This document shows, in pieces, positions 1-8,111 of a stretch of DNA of 24,392 bases (the first letter of the stretch is position 1; each line of letters opens with the position of its first letter). The stretch spans positions 1-24,392 of the forward strand of contig JAJPIY010000018.1 in the NCBI GenBank assembly GCA_021324515.1, given 5' to 3'. Position numbers and translations under genes: made by a program. Origin of the DNA: Planctomycetota bacterium (lineage in GTDB: Bacteria > Planctomycetota > Planctomycetia > Gemmatales > Gemmataceae). The notes beneath the pieces were generated by a model that was given only the letters and a program-made list of their open reading frames with translations, made no database searches and was not told the DNA's origin.

Positions 1-7
1 AACCATT

Positions 8-91
8 CCCCCCACCCCAACCCTCCCCCACAAGGGGGGAGGGAGCCTTGTTGCTCCCTCCCCCCTTGTGGGGGAGGGTTGGGGTGGGGGG
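8..91. repeat. Long perfect inverted repeat (39-bp stem, 6-nt loop) built from C-runs and G-runs; REP-like palindromic element
   Basis: Arms 8-44 and 55-91 are exact reverse complements. Pairs g45-c54 and c46-g53 extend the stem to 39 bp around the loop cttgtt. Each arm also carries its own sub-palindrome (ccctccccc-acaa-gggggaggg). The right arm carries G5-A-G3-TT-G4-T-G6 (70-91), mirrored as C-runs at 8-29. Confidence 0.9.
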
Positions 92-200
92 AAAGGGTGC
101 CCAATTCAACCGTGCCCAGTATAACTATACTTTCCCCTCGCTGTCAGAGCAACCGATCCGAACCGCACACGCTATCCTGGCACTTGATCATTGCCGTCGG

Positions 201-206
201 TATAAT
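201..206 (+). promoter_or_regulatory. Possible -10 box (perfect TATAAT) upstream of the DUF4058 gene
   Basis: A tataat hexamer at 201-206 lies 66 nt upstream of the ATG at 272, in otherwise GC-rich DNA. There is no convincing -35: ttgatc at 184-189 is only 11 nt away. Confidence 0.2.
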
Positions 207-271
207 CATCTCCCAGAATCGTTCCGTTGTCGAGCCTCATGCTCCTCCAGGAATCAGGGAGAAGACAAGCT

Positions 272-955
272 ATGCCAAGCCCCTTTCCCGGTATGGACCC
301 CTATCTTGAAGACGAAGCGCAGTGGCCGAGTTTCCACTACCAGTTCATGCAGAGCTTGCATCAAATTTTGCAGCCCAGCCTGATCGATCGCTACCGCGCG
401 CGCATCAACCAGCGCCACTACGTCATTGAGCAAGCGTTGTTCACCTCGGTAGTGCGCGAAGAGCATCACGAGGATTACCTCGAGATCCGCCAGCGCTCCG
501 ATGGCCGGCTCGTCACGCTGGTCGAGGTAGTCAGCCCGGCCAACAAGCAGACATCGGCCGGTCGGACTGCTTATCTGGCCAAGCGCGACGAGGGCAAAAG
601 CGTCAAAGCTAACCTCGTCGAGATCGATTTGGTGCTGCAAGGCCAGCCGACTTTGGAATATTCACGCGAGGGCCTGCCCGATTGGGACTACGCTATCACC
701 GTGACGCGCGCGACGCAGCCGGATCGCTACGAGATCTACACGACCACTTTGCAGAAGCGCCTGCCGCGTTTCCGTTTGCCCTTGGCCTCCGACGACCGCG
801 ATACCGTACTCGACTTGCACACGGCCTTCACGCGCTGCTACGACCAGGGGGGCTTCGCGGCCAAGATCGATTATCGCAAAGATCCCAACACGCCGCTGAG
901 TGACGAAGATCGCAAGTGGTTGCATGAACTGCTAAAACAGCAGAAATTGCGCTGA
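272..955 (+). CDS. DUF4058 family protein (restriction-endonuclease-like PD-(D/E)XK fold)
   Basis: ORF 227-955. The internal ATG at 272 gives the N-terminus MPSPFPGMDPYLE, which I recognise as the conserved start of DUF4058 proteins. The core DYLEIRQRS...LVTLVEVVSPANK...LVEIDLV matches a D...E-x-K nuclease-like motif layout. TGA stop at 953-955. Confidence 0.8.
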   Translation: MPSPFPGMDPYLEDEAQWPSFHYQFMQSLHQILQPSLIDRYRARINQRHYVIEQALFTSVVREEHHEDYLEIRQRSDGRLVTLVEVVSPANKQTSAGRTAYLAKRDEGKSVKANLVEIDLVLQGQPTLEYSREGLPDWDYAITVTRATQPDRYEIYTTTLQKRLPRFRLPLASDDRDTVLDLHTAFTRCYDQGGFAAKIDYRKDPNTPLSDEDRKWLHELLKQQKLR

Positions 956-1010
956 CAGGTTCCTGGGCAGCAGAAGCGGAGGCGACGGCAAGTCCGCCGA
1001 CCCTTAATTT

Positions 1011-1559
1011 ATGGCCGAACCTCGTTCTCCTGCGCCTGCACTGCTTGTCATCGCCGTGTTCAGCCGGCACGAGGAGGCTTTCACCTGGGCGCAAGGGCGG
1101 CTGGAAGCGCTCTTCGGGCCGATCGGTCTGGCGAGTGAGCCGTATCTCTTCGATCAGACGACCTACTACGAAGCCAGCATGGGGCGCGATCTGCGCAAGT
1201 GTTTCCTCGCTTTCGAGCGACTCGTTCTACCGGATCGCTTGGCCGACATCAAGCGCCAAACCAACGCCCTTGAACACGAGCTAGCCGCCACCAGGCGCTA
1301 TCCCGAAGTGCGGCCGCTCAATCTGGATCCGGGCTTGCTGGTCCTGGGCAAGTTGGTGTTGGCGACTACCAAAGACCAGGCCCATCGCATTTATCTGCGT
1401 GACGGCATTTTCGCCGAAGTCACGCTGCACTATCAGGCCGGTGTGTTTGAGCCGTGGCCGTGGACCTACGCCGATTATCGGCTGCCCTGTGTCCACGAAT
1501 TTTTGCAGCAGGCCCGTGCGTATTATCGGCAACGGCTGCGGGAAAAGAGCGGCGGATGA
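1011..1559 (+). CDS. DUF4416 family protein (function unknown)
   Basis: ATG at 1011. Motifs TTYYEASMG, IKRQTNALE, LNLDPGLL, LVLATTKDQAHRIYLRDGIFAEVTL and WTYADYR match my recollection of DUF4416. The stop overlaps the next gene's start as ATGA (1556-1559). Confidence 0.7.
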   Translation: MAEPRSPAPALLVIAVFSRHEEAFTWAQGRLEALFGPIGLASEPYLFDQTTYYEASMGRDLRKCFLAFERLVLPDRLADIKRQTNALEHELAATRRYPEVRPLNLDPGLLVLGKLVLATTKDQAHRIYLRDGIFAEVTLHYQAGVFEPWPWTYADYRLPCVHEFLQQARAYYRQRLREKSGG

Positions 1560-2590
1560 ATGGGCATTCCCTTGCTGCTGCGGCGGGCTGGTTGTTCGGC
1601 CTGCCGCTGGCAATTTCGGGCTTCTTGACGGCGCTGCTGATCCGTTGGGCGCCGCGTCTGGGACTAGTGGACTATCCCAGCGAGCGCAAGGTCCATACGC
1701 AACCGACACCGCGCGGCGGCGGTCTGGCCATCTTCGCCGCCGTATCGCTCGTGCCCCTCGCTGCGACGGAAATCTCCGTTATCCAATGGCTCCTTGCTAC
1801 AGCGATTGTCCTCCTTGGTCTCCTCGATGACCTTTGGTCGCTTCGCTGGCAGCTGCGGTTGCAGATACAGTTGGGCGTTTCCATCCTCGCCGTGTTGTTT
1901 TGTCTTCCGTCGCTTCCGTGGTACCTTCGGGCAGCCGTCGTGGTGTGGATTACGGGCCTCATCAACGCCTTCAACATGCTCGACAACATGGACGCGCTGT
2001 CCGCCGGTGTTGCCTGGATCGCGGCGGGTTTCTTGGCTATCCTCTGCGGGCTGGCAGAGACGCCAACGGACTACGCCTGGGAGCAATACGTCGTCCTAAT
2101 GGGGGCGTTAGCGGGCTTTTTGTGGTTCAATCGCCCGCCGGCGCGTATCTTCATGGGCGATGCCGGCAGTACGTTCGTCGGCTTCACGATCGGTCTAGGC
2201 AGCGTACAGGTGATTCTGCACGAGGGAGCGCCGCCGTGGTTATGGCTGGTGCCGCCGTGCATCTTGGCTGTGCCGTGTTACGATCTGCTATCTGTGGTCC
2301 TGCTGCGCTTGGCGCAGGGCCGCAGTCCATTCCACGCCGATAAGCAACACCTGTCGCATCGCCTGGTCAGCCGCGGCTTGTCAAGTTGGACGGCGGTGTG
2401 TGTGATTTACTTGTTGGCGCTAGCCAGTGGCGTAAGCGGTGTGCTACTTTATCTCGTAAGAGATGAGATCATGGCAGGCCTGATTGTTGGGCAACTGGCC
2501 CTTTGGTGGATCGCCCTCGCTGGGATGGAATTTGCCAAGGAGTATCGCCACGACACGCAAACACAAGATGCCGGAAAAACCGGCCCCTGA
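1556..2590 (+). CDS. Polyprenyl-phosphate N-acetylhexosamine-1-phosphate transferase family protein (glycosyltransferase family 4, MraY/WecA-like)
   Basis: The internal ATG at 1556 (MNGHSLAAAAGW...) overlaps the upstream stop. The protein is multi-pass hydrophobic. Motifs seen: VHTQPTPRGGGLAIF, LLDDLWSL (DD motif), NAFNMLDNMDALSAG (variant of NxxNxxDGxDGL) and IFMGDAGSTFVGF. Confidence 0.88.
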   Translation: MNGHSLAAAAGWLFGLPLAISGFLTALLIRWAPRLGLVDYPSERKVHTQPTPRGGGLAIFAAVSLVPLAATEISVIQWLLATAIVLLGLLDDLWSLRWQLRLQIQLGVSILAVLFCLPSLPWYLRAAVVVWITGLINAFNMLDNMDALSAGVAWIAAGFLAILCGLAETPTDYAWEQYVVLMGALAGFLWFNRPPARIFMGDAGSTFVGFTIGLGSVQVILHEGAPPWLWLVPPCILAVPCYDLLSVVLLRLAQGRSPFHADKQHLSHRLVSRGLSSWTAVCVIYLLALASGVSGVLLYLVRDEIMAGLIVGQLALWWIALAGMEFAKEYRHDTQTQDAGKTGP

Positions 2591-5084
2591 AGAGGTACAA
2601 GTCCTGGCGCCGAACGGCCCGGTGCTGCTGCGCCGCCTGTTGCTCGCGTTGGTGACAGCGTTGATCGTGGCTCGTCCGCTGGTCCTGGGTGAAGATCCAG
2701 GTCTGTTAGCCAACCTCGCCGATCCCTGGGGCATGGTGCTGACCCTGCTGTGGCTGGCGGCTGCTGCCGGCTGGGCCGCCTGGCGCTTCTGGCTGCGGCC
2801 CGCTTCGCAGGGAGCAGGAACCAGAGGACAGGGGGCTGAAAAGGCAACCGCCCCTTCTTCTTCGCTGACCTCGGACTCCTGGCCCCTGATCCCGGAAAAT
2901 TGGTACGGCGGTCTGGTGCAGGTCTTTCTGCTGCTGACTGTCGCACTCGTTTTTGTCAGTGCAGAATGGGCGGCGGATTACAAGTTTCCGGCCCGACTGA
3001 TCGCCTGGGAGTGGTTCGGTCTGTTCGTGTCCTTCTTGGTGGTCGGCCAGTTGGCGGTTACGCCACGTGAGCAGCACGGCCTGTTCACCGTGGTGCTGGC
3101 TGGCGCCGTCGCCTTGGCAGCCCAGGGCATTTACCAATATGGCATCGAGCTGCCGCGCAATCGCCAGCTGGCGGAGGATCCCGAAGCCTTCCGCGCCACC
3201 TGGGCTGAGGAAAATCCCGGACAAGACCTCAGCGAAAGTCTTTTGCAACAGCTGCGCCTGCGGGCGAAGGAAAACAATATCTTCGGCTCGTACGCTCACC
3301 CCAACAGCTACGCCGGCTTCCTCGTCCTGTGGCTGCCCGGTCTGATCGGCGCAGTCGTGGTCAGCCGGCGTATGCAGGATGTTCCTAAGCGGCGCGGGAG
3401 CACAATAACGGTGCTGGTCTCCTTGTGCGCCCTCTTGGGTTTGTCGGCCCTGTGGTTGACGCACAGCCGCGGCGGCCTTTTGGGGTTGGCGGCAGCCGCC
3501 ATCGGAATGGGTCTGTTCCTTTATTGGCGGCTGCTGCGCACGCACGCTCTTGCCGTACTGGTTGGAGGAGGCGTGTTGCTCGGCCTGCTCTACGGCGGCT
3601 GGCGGAGCGGCCTGCTGACCTCGGGCATGGGCAAGAGCACCAATCCCATCGCCCAGCGGCTGGAATATTGGCAGACCACCTGGCAAATGATTCGAGAACG
3701 GCCGTGGCTGGGCGTCGGCCCCGGCAATTTCGGCGAACACTACCCACGGCTGATGCCCGCCCACTCGGAGGAGAAAATCAAAGATCCGCATAACTTCATT
3801 CTGGAAATGGCAGCGACGTGCGGCGTCTTTGCCCTGCTGGCATTGTTAGCGACACTAGCGGCGTTCTTTTATCCAGTGGTGCGTGAATTGGGGCATACGG
3901 CGAGCGGGGTTGCGTTAGCGCCCCGAGAAACCCCACTCGGGGAGCTAACGCAACCTCGCTCACCAGAGCAGCCCGTTCGCTGGGAGTTCTATCTCGGCGG
4001 CATGTTCGGCCTGGTGCTGGGTTTTGTCCTGCGCGTCAACACCGCGACGCCGAGCAGCCTTTTGGGAGAAACCTATGCGGCAGCGGTGCGTTCGGTGGTG
4101 TGGTTTGCAGCGTTCGCTCTCTTGGAGCGCCTGGTCTGGACAGATCGTGGCCGCACCTTGGCCCTGACGACGGGGATCGTGGCCCTGTTGCTCAACCTGT
4201 GTGTCTCCGGCGGCATCGGCTTTCCCTCGGTGGCCGGGCCGTTATGGGTTGCCGTCGCCCTGGCCCTTAATGCCGCCGTGCTACGGCCGATCTCCTGGCT
4301 CAGCCGCCTCGGCGCAGCGATGATTTTGCCCTTGCCGATCTTTCTTGGCCTCTTTCTCGGTTACGGCGTTTACGTTCTCTATCCGGTGCTGGCCAGTGAC
4401 GGCCTGGTGCGCGAGGCGGTACAGGCCGTCGCTTACTTCCAAAAAGAAGCCAATAAGCCGCCGACGGAGCGATCTGCCGGCATCCGCGATCATCCCGATC
4501 GGTTCCTTCAGAAAGGTGTAATCCATCGGCTCGACCAGGCAGCGCAGCTGACGCCGGAGGATGCCCGTATCTACGTTCAGCTGGCTTGGTGGACCAATGT
4601 GCTCTGGGAATTGAGCCGGCAGAAAAGCCAACGGGAACTCCCCATCGCCGAGCGCGCCCTTCGCTACGGCGTCAAAGCCACGCAGCTTGATCCCCGTGGG
4701 GCCGCGGGATATTGGGTGCAGTATCAGATTCGCATGAGATACGCGAAAATCAACGAAGACGACGCGGAAACACTGCGCAAGATCCACGGCGATCCGGTTG
4801 TCATCAACGACCGCGAATACACCGCCCGCGAACAATACAAATTGGCCGCCCGGACCATAGAGCCCTATCTGCCCCATGATCCGCACGATACCGAGTTGCA
4901 TTATGCGCTTTGGCGCGCCTGGTCCAAGGCCGGCGATAAAGACAAAGCACGCGAACACGCCCTCCAAGCGCTGCAACTCGATGCTCTTGTCCTTACGCCG
5001 ATGCGCAAATTAACGGATTCACAGCGTAAACAACTCGACGAATGGCTTTCCCGAACCGGCCCCCCACAACGCCGGCAAGAATGA
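2568..5084 (+). CDS. O-antigen ligase/polymerase-like (Wzy_C) polytopic membrane protein with C-terminal TPR-like soluble domain
   Basis: ORF 2484-5084. The ATG at 2568 (MPEKPAPEE) is the first ATG and overlaps the upstream gene by 23 nt. There are many TM segments. THSRGGLLGL and HNFILEMAATCGVFALL resemble the Wzy_C loop and motif. The last ~230 aa are helical repeats (YVQLAWW..., ALRYGVKATQLDP, ELHYALWRAWSKAGDKDKAREHALQALQLD). The exact start is uncertain. Confidence 0.78.
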   Translation: MPEKPAPEEVQVLAPNGPVLLRRLLLALVTALIVARPLVLGEDPGLLANLADPWGMVLTLLWLAAAAGWAAWRFWLRPASQGAGTRGQGAEKATAPSSSLTSDSWPLIPENWYGGLVQVFLLLTVALVFVSAEWAADYKFPARLIAWEWFGLFVSFLVVGQLAVTPREQHGLFTVVLAGAVALAAQGIYQYGIELPRNRQLAEDPEAFRATWAEENPGQDLSESLLQQLRLRAKENNIFGSYAHPNSYAGFLVLWLPGLIGAVVVSRRMQDVPKRRGSTITVLVSLCALLGLSALWLTHSRGGLLGLAAAAIGMGLFLYWRLLRTHALAVLVGGGVLLGLLYGGWRSGLLTSGMGKSTNPIAQRLEYWQTTWQMIRERPWLGVGPGNFGEHYPRLMPAHSEEKIKDPHNFILEMAATCGVFALLALLATLAAFFYPVVRELGHTASGVALAPRETPLGELTQPRSPEQPVRWEFYLGGMFGLVLGFVLRVNTATPSSLLGETYAAAVRSVVWFAAFALLERLVWTDRGRTLALTTGIVALLLNLCVSGGIGFPSVAGPLWVAVALALNAAVLRPISWLSRLGAAMILPLPIFLGLFLGYGVYVLYPVLASDGLVREAVQAVAYFQKEANKPPTERSAGIRDHPDRFLQKGVIHRLDQAAQLTPEDARIYVQLAWWTNVLWELSRQKSQRELPIAERALRYGVKATQLDPRGAAGYWVQYQIRMRYAKINEDDAETLRKIHGDPVVINDREYTAREQYKLAARTIEPYLPHDPHDTELHYALWRAWSKAGDKDKAREHALQALQLDALVLTPMRKLTDSQRKQLDEWLSRTGPPQRRQE

Positions 5085-5104
5085 TCCGGCCTCCATCTGG
5101 CGGC

Positions 5105-5130
5105 GGATGCGCCCTATTTAGGGCGCGTCT
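5105..5130. terminator. Hairpin between convergent genes (candidate bidirectional terminator)
   Basis: The stem gcgccct (5109-5115) pairs with agggcgc (5120-5126) around loop attt. It extends through G.U and A-U pairs to 5105/5130. It lies 21 nt after the + gene stop (5084) and 26 nt after the - gene stop (5156). There is no clear U-tract. Confidence 0.4.
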
Positions 5131-5155
5131 GCAAACGGCCCTGGTCGCCCTGCAT

Positions 5156-5914
5156 CTACGGTTTCGCAAACAGATGGTTGTCGAGCTTCTCGACAATTTC
5201 CACTTTGATGACTTCCGCTTCCACGTACGGCTTGCCATCCCGTTCCACAGTGACCTTGTGCGGGACCATGATCCCCTCGACTTTCTTGTAGTCGTCGTAC
5301 AGGGTCGTCGATGTGTACTCTTGGCCGCCTTGCATAACGTCCTTGCCGCGGGTCTCCATCTTGAGGAGCAAGCTCTTGTCTTTATCGAAAAACAGGTTCA
5401 CGTCTCGGTAGCCCTTGCGCTCGACGCGGACGCCGATGGCCGGGCGGCTGCCGACTTTCCCTTCACCCAATGGCGACAATTTGTAGTCCTTGTCTTTCAG
5501 ACAGACCAGTTGGGTAACGATGACGGTGGCGTGCATCTGTTCTTTCGCTTCGGCAAGCATCTCTTTGTTCATCTCCTCGGTCATGTTGCCGATCTTAATC
5601 CATCCCTTGTCAGCGGCGAAGACTTGGACAAAAGTGATCTCTTGGCCGTTGGCCTTGAAATGCACTTCGGCGCGAAGGCGGTCGGGCAGCTGGACGGAGG
5701 TTTCGGTGGTGAATTCGAGGGCGTCGCCCAGACCGTGGAACTTGCCTTTTTGCTTGGTGACGCTGGCCTGGTACTTCGACAAGTTGTCGGCGCCGCCGCT
5801 AGCCTTAATGGCCCGCTCGACAAGCTCGCGCAGTTTGGCGTCCTCATCGGCGCGGACGGGAACGAGCAGCGCCGCGAGACCGACAGCGCCCAAGGCACAC
5901 AGAATTTTCCACAT
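5156..5914 (-). CDS. Secreted hypothetical protein (Sec signal peptide; possibly LolA-like/lipoprotein-sorting-like fold)
   Basis: ATG at 5914 is preceded by AGGAGG with a 6-nt spacer. The N-terminus MWKILCALGAVGLAALLVPVRA-DE is a typical signal peptide. The mature part is K/E-rich and beta-rich. The fold assignment is only a guess. Confidence 0.7.
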   Translation of the reverse strand: MWKILCALGAVGLAALLVPVRADEDAKLRELVERAIKASGGADNLSKYQASVTKQKGKFHGLGDALEFTTETSVQLPDRLRAEVHFKANGQEITFVQVFAADKGWIKIGNMTEEMNKEMLAEAKEQMHATVIVTQLVCLKDKDYKLSPLGEGKVGSRPAIGVRVERKGYRDVNLFFDKDKSLLLKMETRGKDVMQGGQEYTSTTLYDDYKKVEGIMVPHKVTVERDGKPYVEAEVIKVEIVEKLDNHLFAKP

Positions 5915-5984
5915 GGAAGACCTCCTGAGTCAAAGATGGCTTCCCTCCCGATGGGGAAGAGAAGATTATTTTAATACGTGGTGT

Positions 5985-5999
5985 GGGTCGTTGCGACCC
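5985..5999. terminator. Small GC hairpin 20 nt downstream of tyrS stop
   Basis: gggtcg-ttg-cgaccc (6-bp stem, 3-nt loop). The T-run (tttt, 6000-6003) is on the + strand, not on the tyrS (-) strand, so its function as the tyrS terminator is doubtful. Confidence 0.25.
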
Positions 6000-6018
6000 T
6001 TTTCTGAGTCAGGCGGTT

Positions 6019-7245
6019 TTACTGTAGGCGGACGCGCACCACTTTGCGATTGCCCACACGGACGATCAGGCCGTCGGTCACCGTCACCACGGCGTTGACA
6101 TCGGTGATTTTGTCGCGTTCGGGGCCGATGGTCACGCCGCCGCCTTGAATGAGCCGGCGCGCTTCGTTGTTGCTTGACGCCAACTGGAGGGCGACAAGCA
6201 GCTTCGACACGAGCATTTTTCCGTCGTGCAAATGTTCGGTCGAGAGGGCCACTTCTGGTATCTCGGAGGGGTCTTGGCGTTGGGTGTTGCGTTTGATCCA
6301 CTCGGCGGCCGCCTCAGCCGCTGCCGCTTCGCCGTGATAGAAACGGACGATGTCGCCGGCCAGGGTCAGTTTCGCTTGGCGGGGATGCGTCGCCTTGGGA
6401 TCGGTGAGCCGCGCGATCTCTTCTGGCGGGCGGTCGGTCAGCAAGGTGAACCACTGGGGCATCAACCCATCAGGGATGCTCATGGTCTTGGCGAATTGGT
6501 CGTAAGCCGGCTCACGGACGCCGATGTAATTGCCCAGGCTCTTGCCCATTTTCTGTTCGCCGTCGAGGCCGATCAGGATTGGCAAGGTAAGACAGACCTG
6601 CGGTTCCTGGCCCGCATCCTCTTGCAAACGGCGGCCGACCATCAGATTGAACAACTGTTCGCTGCCCCCCAGTTCCACGTCGGCGTGAATGGCTACGCTG
6701 TCCTGCCCTTGCATTAAGGGATATAAACACTCGTGCAAGTAGATGGGTATGGACGGCTCGGCGCGCAGGCGTTTGCTGAAGTCATCGCGCTCCAGCATGC
6801 GCTGCACGGTGATTTTGCTGGTCAAAGTCAGCACGTCGAGAAAGGTCATGCGGCTGAACCACTCGCTGTTGTAGTGTTTTTCGGCCTTGTCGATGGCGAT
6901 GATGGTGCTGATCTGCCGGAGATAATCGGAGGCATTGGCTGCGACCTGCTCCGGTGTGAGCCGCGGGCGCGTTTCGACTCGGCCACTTGGATCGCCGACC
7001 AGGGCCGTGTAATTACCGATGATGAGCACGGCCTGATGGCCTAGCTCCTGAAACACACGCATCTTGCGCAACGGCACCGTATGGCCCAGATGCACGTCGC
7101 TGCCGGTCGGATCGATCCCATATTTGACGCGCAGCGGTTTGCCGGTCTGGACGCTACGTTCGAGCTTTTTGACCAACTCGGCCTCGGGCACCAGGTGCTC
7201 AACGCCGCGACGAATCTGTTCCAACTGTTCGGCGACGCCTTTCAT
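6019..7245 (-). CDS. tyrS: Tyrosine--tRNA ligase (TyrRS) with C-terminal S4-like domain
   Basis: The internal ATG at 7245 (MKGVAEQLEQI...) is preceded by AAGGAAG. HIGH motif seen as DVHLGH; KMSKS motif seen as KMGKS. The C-terminal ASSNNEARRLIQGGGVTIG is the S4-like RNA-binding module. The 44 upstream codons of the track ORF overlap yraN and are rejected. Confidence 0.95.
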   Translation of the reverse strand: MKGVAEQLEQIRRGVEHLVPEAELVKKLERSVQTGKPLRVKYGIDPTGSDVHLGHTVPLRKMRVFQELGHQAVLIIGNYTALVGDPSGRVETRPRLTPEQVAANASDYLRQISTIIAIDKAEKHYNSEWFSRMTFLDVLTLTSKITVQRMLERDDFSKRLRAEPSIPIYLHECLYPLMQGQDSVAIHADVELGGSEQLFNLMVGRRLQEDAGQEPQVCLTLPILIGLDGEQKMGKSLGNYIGVREPAYDQFAKTMSIPDGLMPQWFTLLTDRPPEEIARLTDPKATHPRQAKLTLAGDIVRFYHGEAAAAEAAAEWIKRNTQRQDPSEIPEVALSTEHLHDGKMLVSKLLVALQLASSNNEARRLIQGGGVTIGPERDKITDVNAVVTVTDGLIVRVGNRKVVRVRLQ

Positions 7246-7261
7246 GGGTGTTCTTCCTTGC

Positions 7262-7678
7262 TCAGCGATACATCTGAAAACGGCCGACGGCCTCGAAGGC
7301 TTGACGGTAGTGGACGATGTGCGGTCGGCGTTGTCCCTCCGGCCAACGGAGGGCCAACACGTCGAAGCGTGCTGCACAGGCGAGCAGATGGTGTTCGTGC
7401 AGATAATGAAGGGCCAGGCGTGTAAGCCGGTGCTGCTTGGCCTGGTCTACCGAGGCCGCAGGACGCTCGATGTCGTCGCTGCCGGTCGAGCGCACCTCGA
7501 CAAAGACGAGGCATCGCCCATCTAGGGCGACAAGGTCCAACTCGCCGTAGGGGCAGACGTAATTGCGGGCCAGGATGCGGTAGCCGAGGCGGCGCAGAAA
7601 GCGGGCGGCGGCGCGCTCGGAACGGTCGCCGAACCAGCGCCGCCACCACGGTTTCCGGGTCGGAGAAGAGGGGGGCAT
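7262..7678 (-). CDS. yraN: YraN family (UPF0102) predicted endonuclease
   Basis: ATG at 7678. GDRSERAAARFLRRLGYRILARNYVCPYGELDLVALDGRCLVFVEVRS...ARFDVLAL matches the YraN/UPF0102 pattern (GE-D-V ... V-E-V-K/R). It ends 16 nt before the tyrS start. Confidence 0.85.
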   Translation of the reverse strand: MPPSSPTRKPWWRRWFGDRSERAAARFLRRLGYRILARNYVCPYGELDLVALDGRCLVFVEVRSTGSDDIERPAASVDQAKQHRLTRLALHYLHEHHLLACAARFDVLALRWPEGQRRPHIVHYRQAFEAVGRFQMYR

Positions 7679-7697
7679 AGCAGGTCCCCAAACTCGG

Positions 7698-8111
7698 TTA
7701 TGACGCCTGCTGTTCAGCGGACTTGGTCGCCTTTTTCCCGACCGCGCCATTGTCGCCGGCCTTGCCTTTGCGCTCGCGCAGGCGCGTGGCCTTGCCGACG
7801 CGCTGGCGTAGATAGTACAGCTTGGCCCGGCGGACTTGGCCGGTACGCTTCACCTCGATTTTGGCGATCTTCGGCGAGTGCAGGGGAAACTGACGTTCCA
7901 CGCCTTCGCCTTGGACGATGCGGCGCACCGTGAACATTTCGCGCATGCCTTCACCGCGGCGTGCGATGACTACGCCGTTGAAAATCTGGATGCGCTCCTT
8001 TTGCCCTTCAAGAATGCGCTGGTGTACATCCACCGTATCGCCCACCTCGAAGTGCGGGATTTCTTTTTTAAGAGCGCTCTCCTCCACTCGAGCGATCAGT
8101 CGGTTTTTCAT
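7698..8111 (-). CDS. rplS: 50S ribosomal protein L19
   Basis: The ATG at 8111 gives [52 protein letters not shown]...FTVRRI...[15 protein letters not shown], the canonical L19 sequence. It carries a basic ~25-aa C-terminal extension. Confidence 0.95.
   Translation of the reverse strand: MKNRLIARVEESALKKEIPHFEVGDTVDVHQRILEGQKERIQIFNGVVIARRGEGMREMFTVRRIVQGEGVERQFPLHSPKIAKIEVKRTGQVRRAKLYYLRQRVGKATRLRERKGKAGDNGAVGKKATKSAEQQAS

Noticed and set aside
178-194. Sigma-54-like TGGCAC ... TTGC upstream of the DUF4058 gene
   Set aside because: The spacing between TGGCAC (178-183) and TTGC (191-194) is 7 nt, not the 5 nt required by the -24/-12 consensus.
48-383. Track ORFs 48-383 and 79-309 (+) reading through the palindrome (PPPLWGRVGVGG...)
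   Set aside because: They are translations of the C/G-run inverted repeat and of the promoter region of the DUF4058 gene. They have no SD, show low-complexity composition, and overlap the real gene out of frame.
1454-1555. N-terminal extensions of track ORFs for the transferase (1454-1555), tyrS (7246-7377), yraN (7679-7750), rplS (8112-8213), ffh (10717-10746), ABC ATPase (15618-15692) and Wzy_C-like gene (2484-2567)
   Set aside because: The extensions overlap the preceding gene. The conserved family N-termini begin at internal ATG/GTG codons that carry Shine-Dalgarno sequences. Several track starts are GTG/TTG shown as M.
2706-3791. 361-aa antisense ORF inside the Wzy_C-like gene (also 2449-2946, 3385-3747, 4281-4976)
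   Set aside because: Arg/Gly/Ala/Pro-rich composition typical of the opposite strand of GC-rich genes. The sense frame has clear membrane-protein and motif content.
5042-5974. 310-aa + strand ORF antisense to the secreted protein gene (and 5490-6098)
   Set aside because: It has no SD or motifs. The minus-strand frame has a signal peptide, a strong SD and sensible composition.
7246-7261. Looked for a T-box or other leader upstream of tyrS
   Set aside because: Only 16 nt separate the yraN stop and the tyrS start. There is no room for a riboswitch or T-box, so tyrS is read through from upstream.
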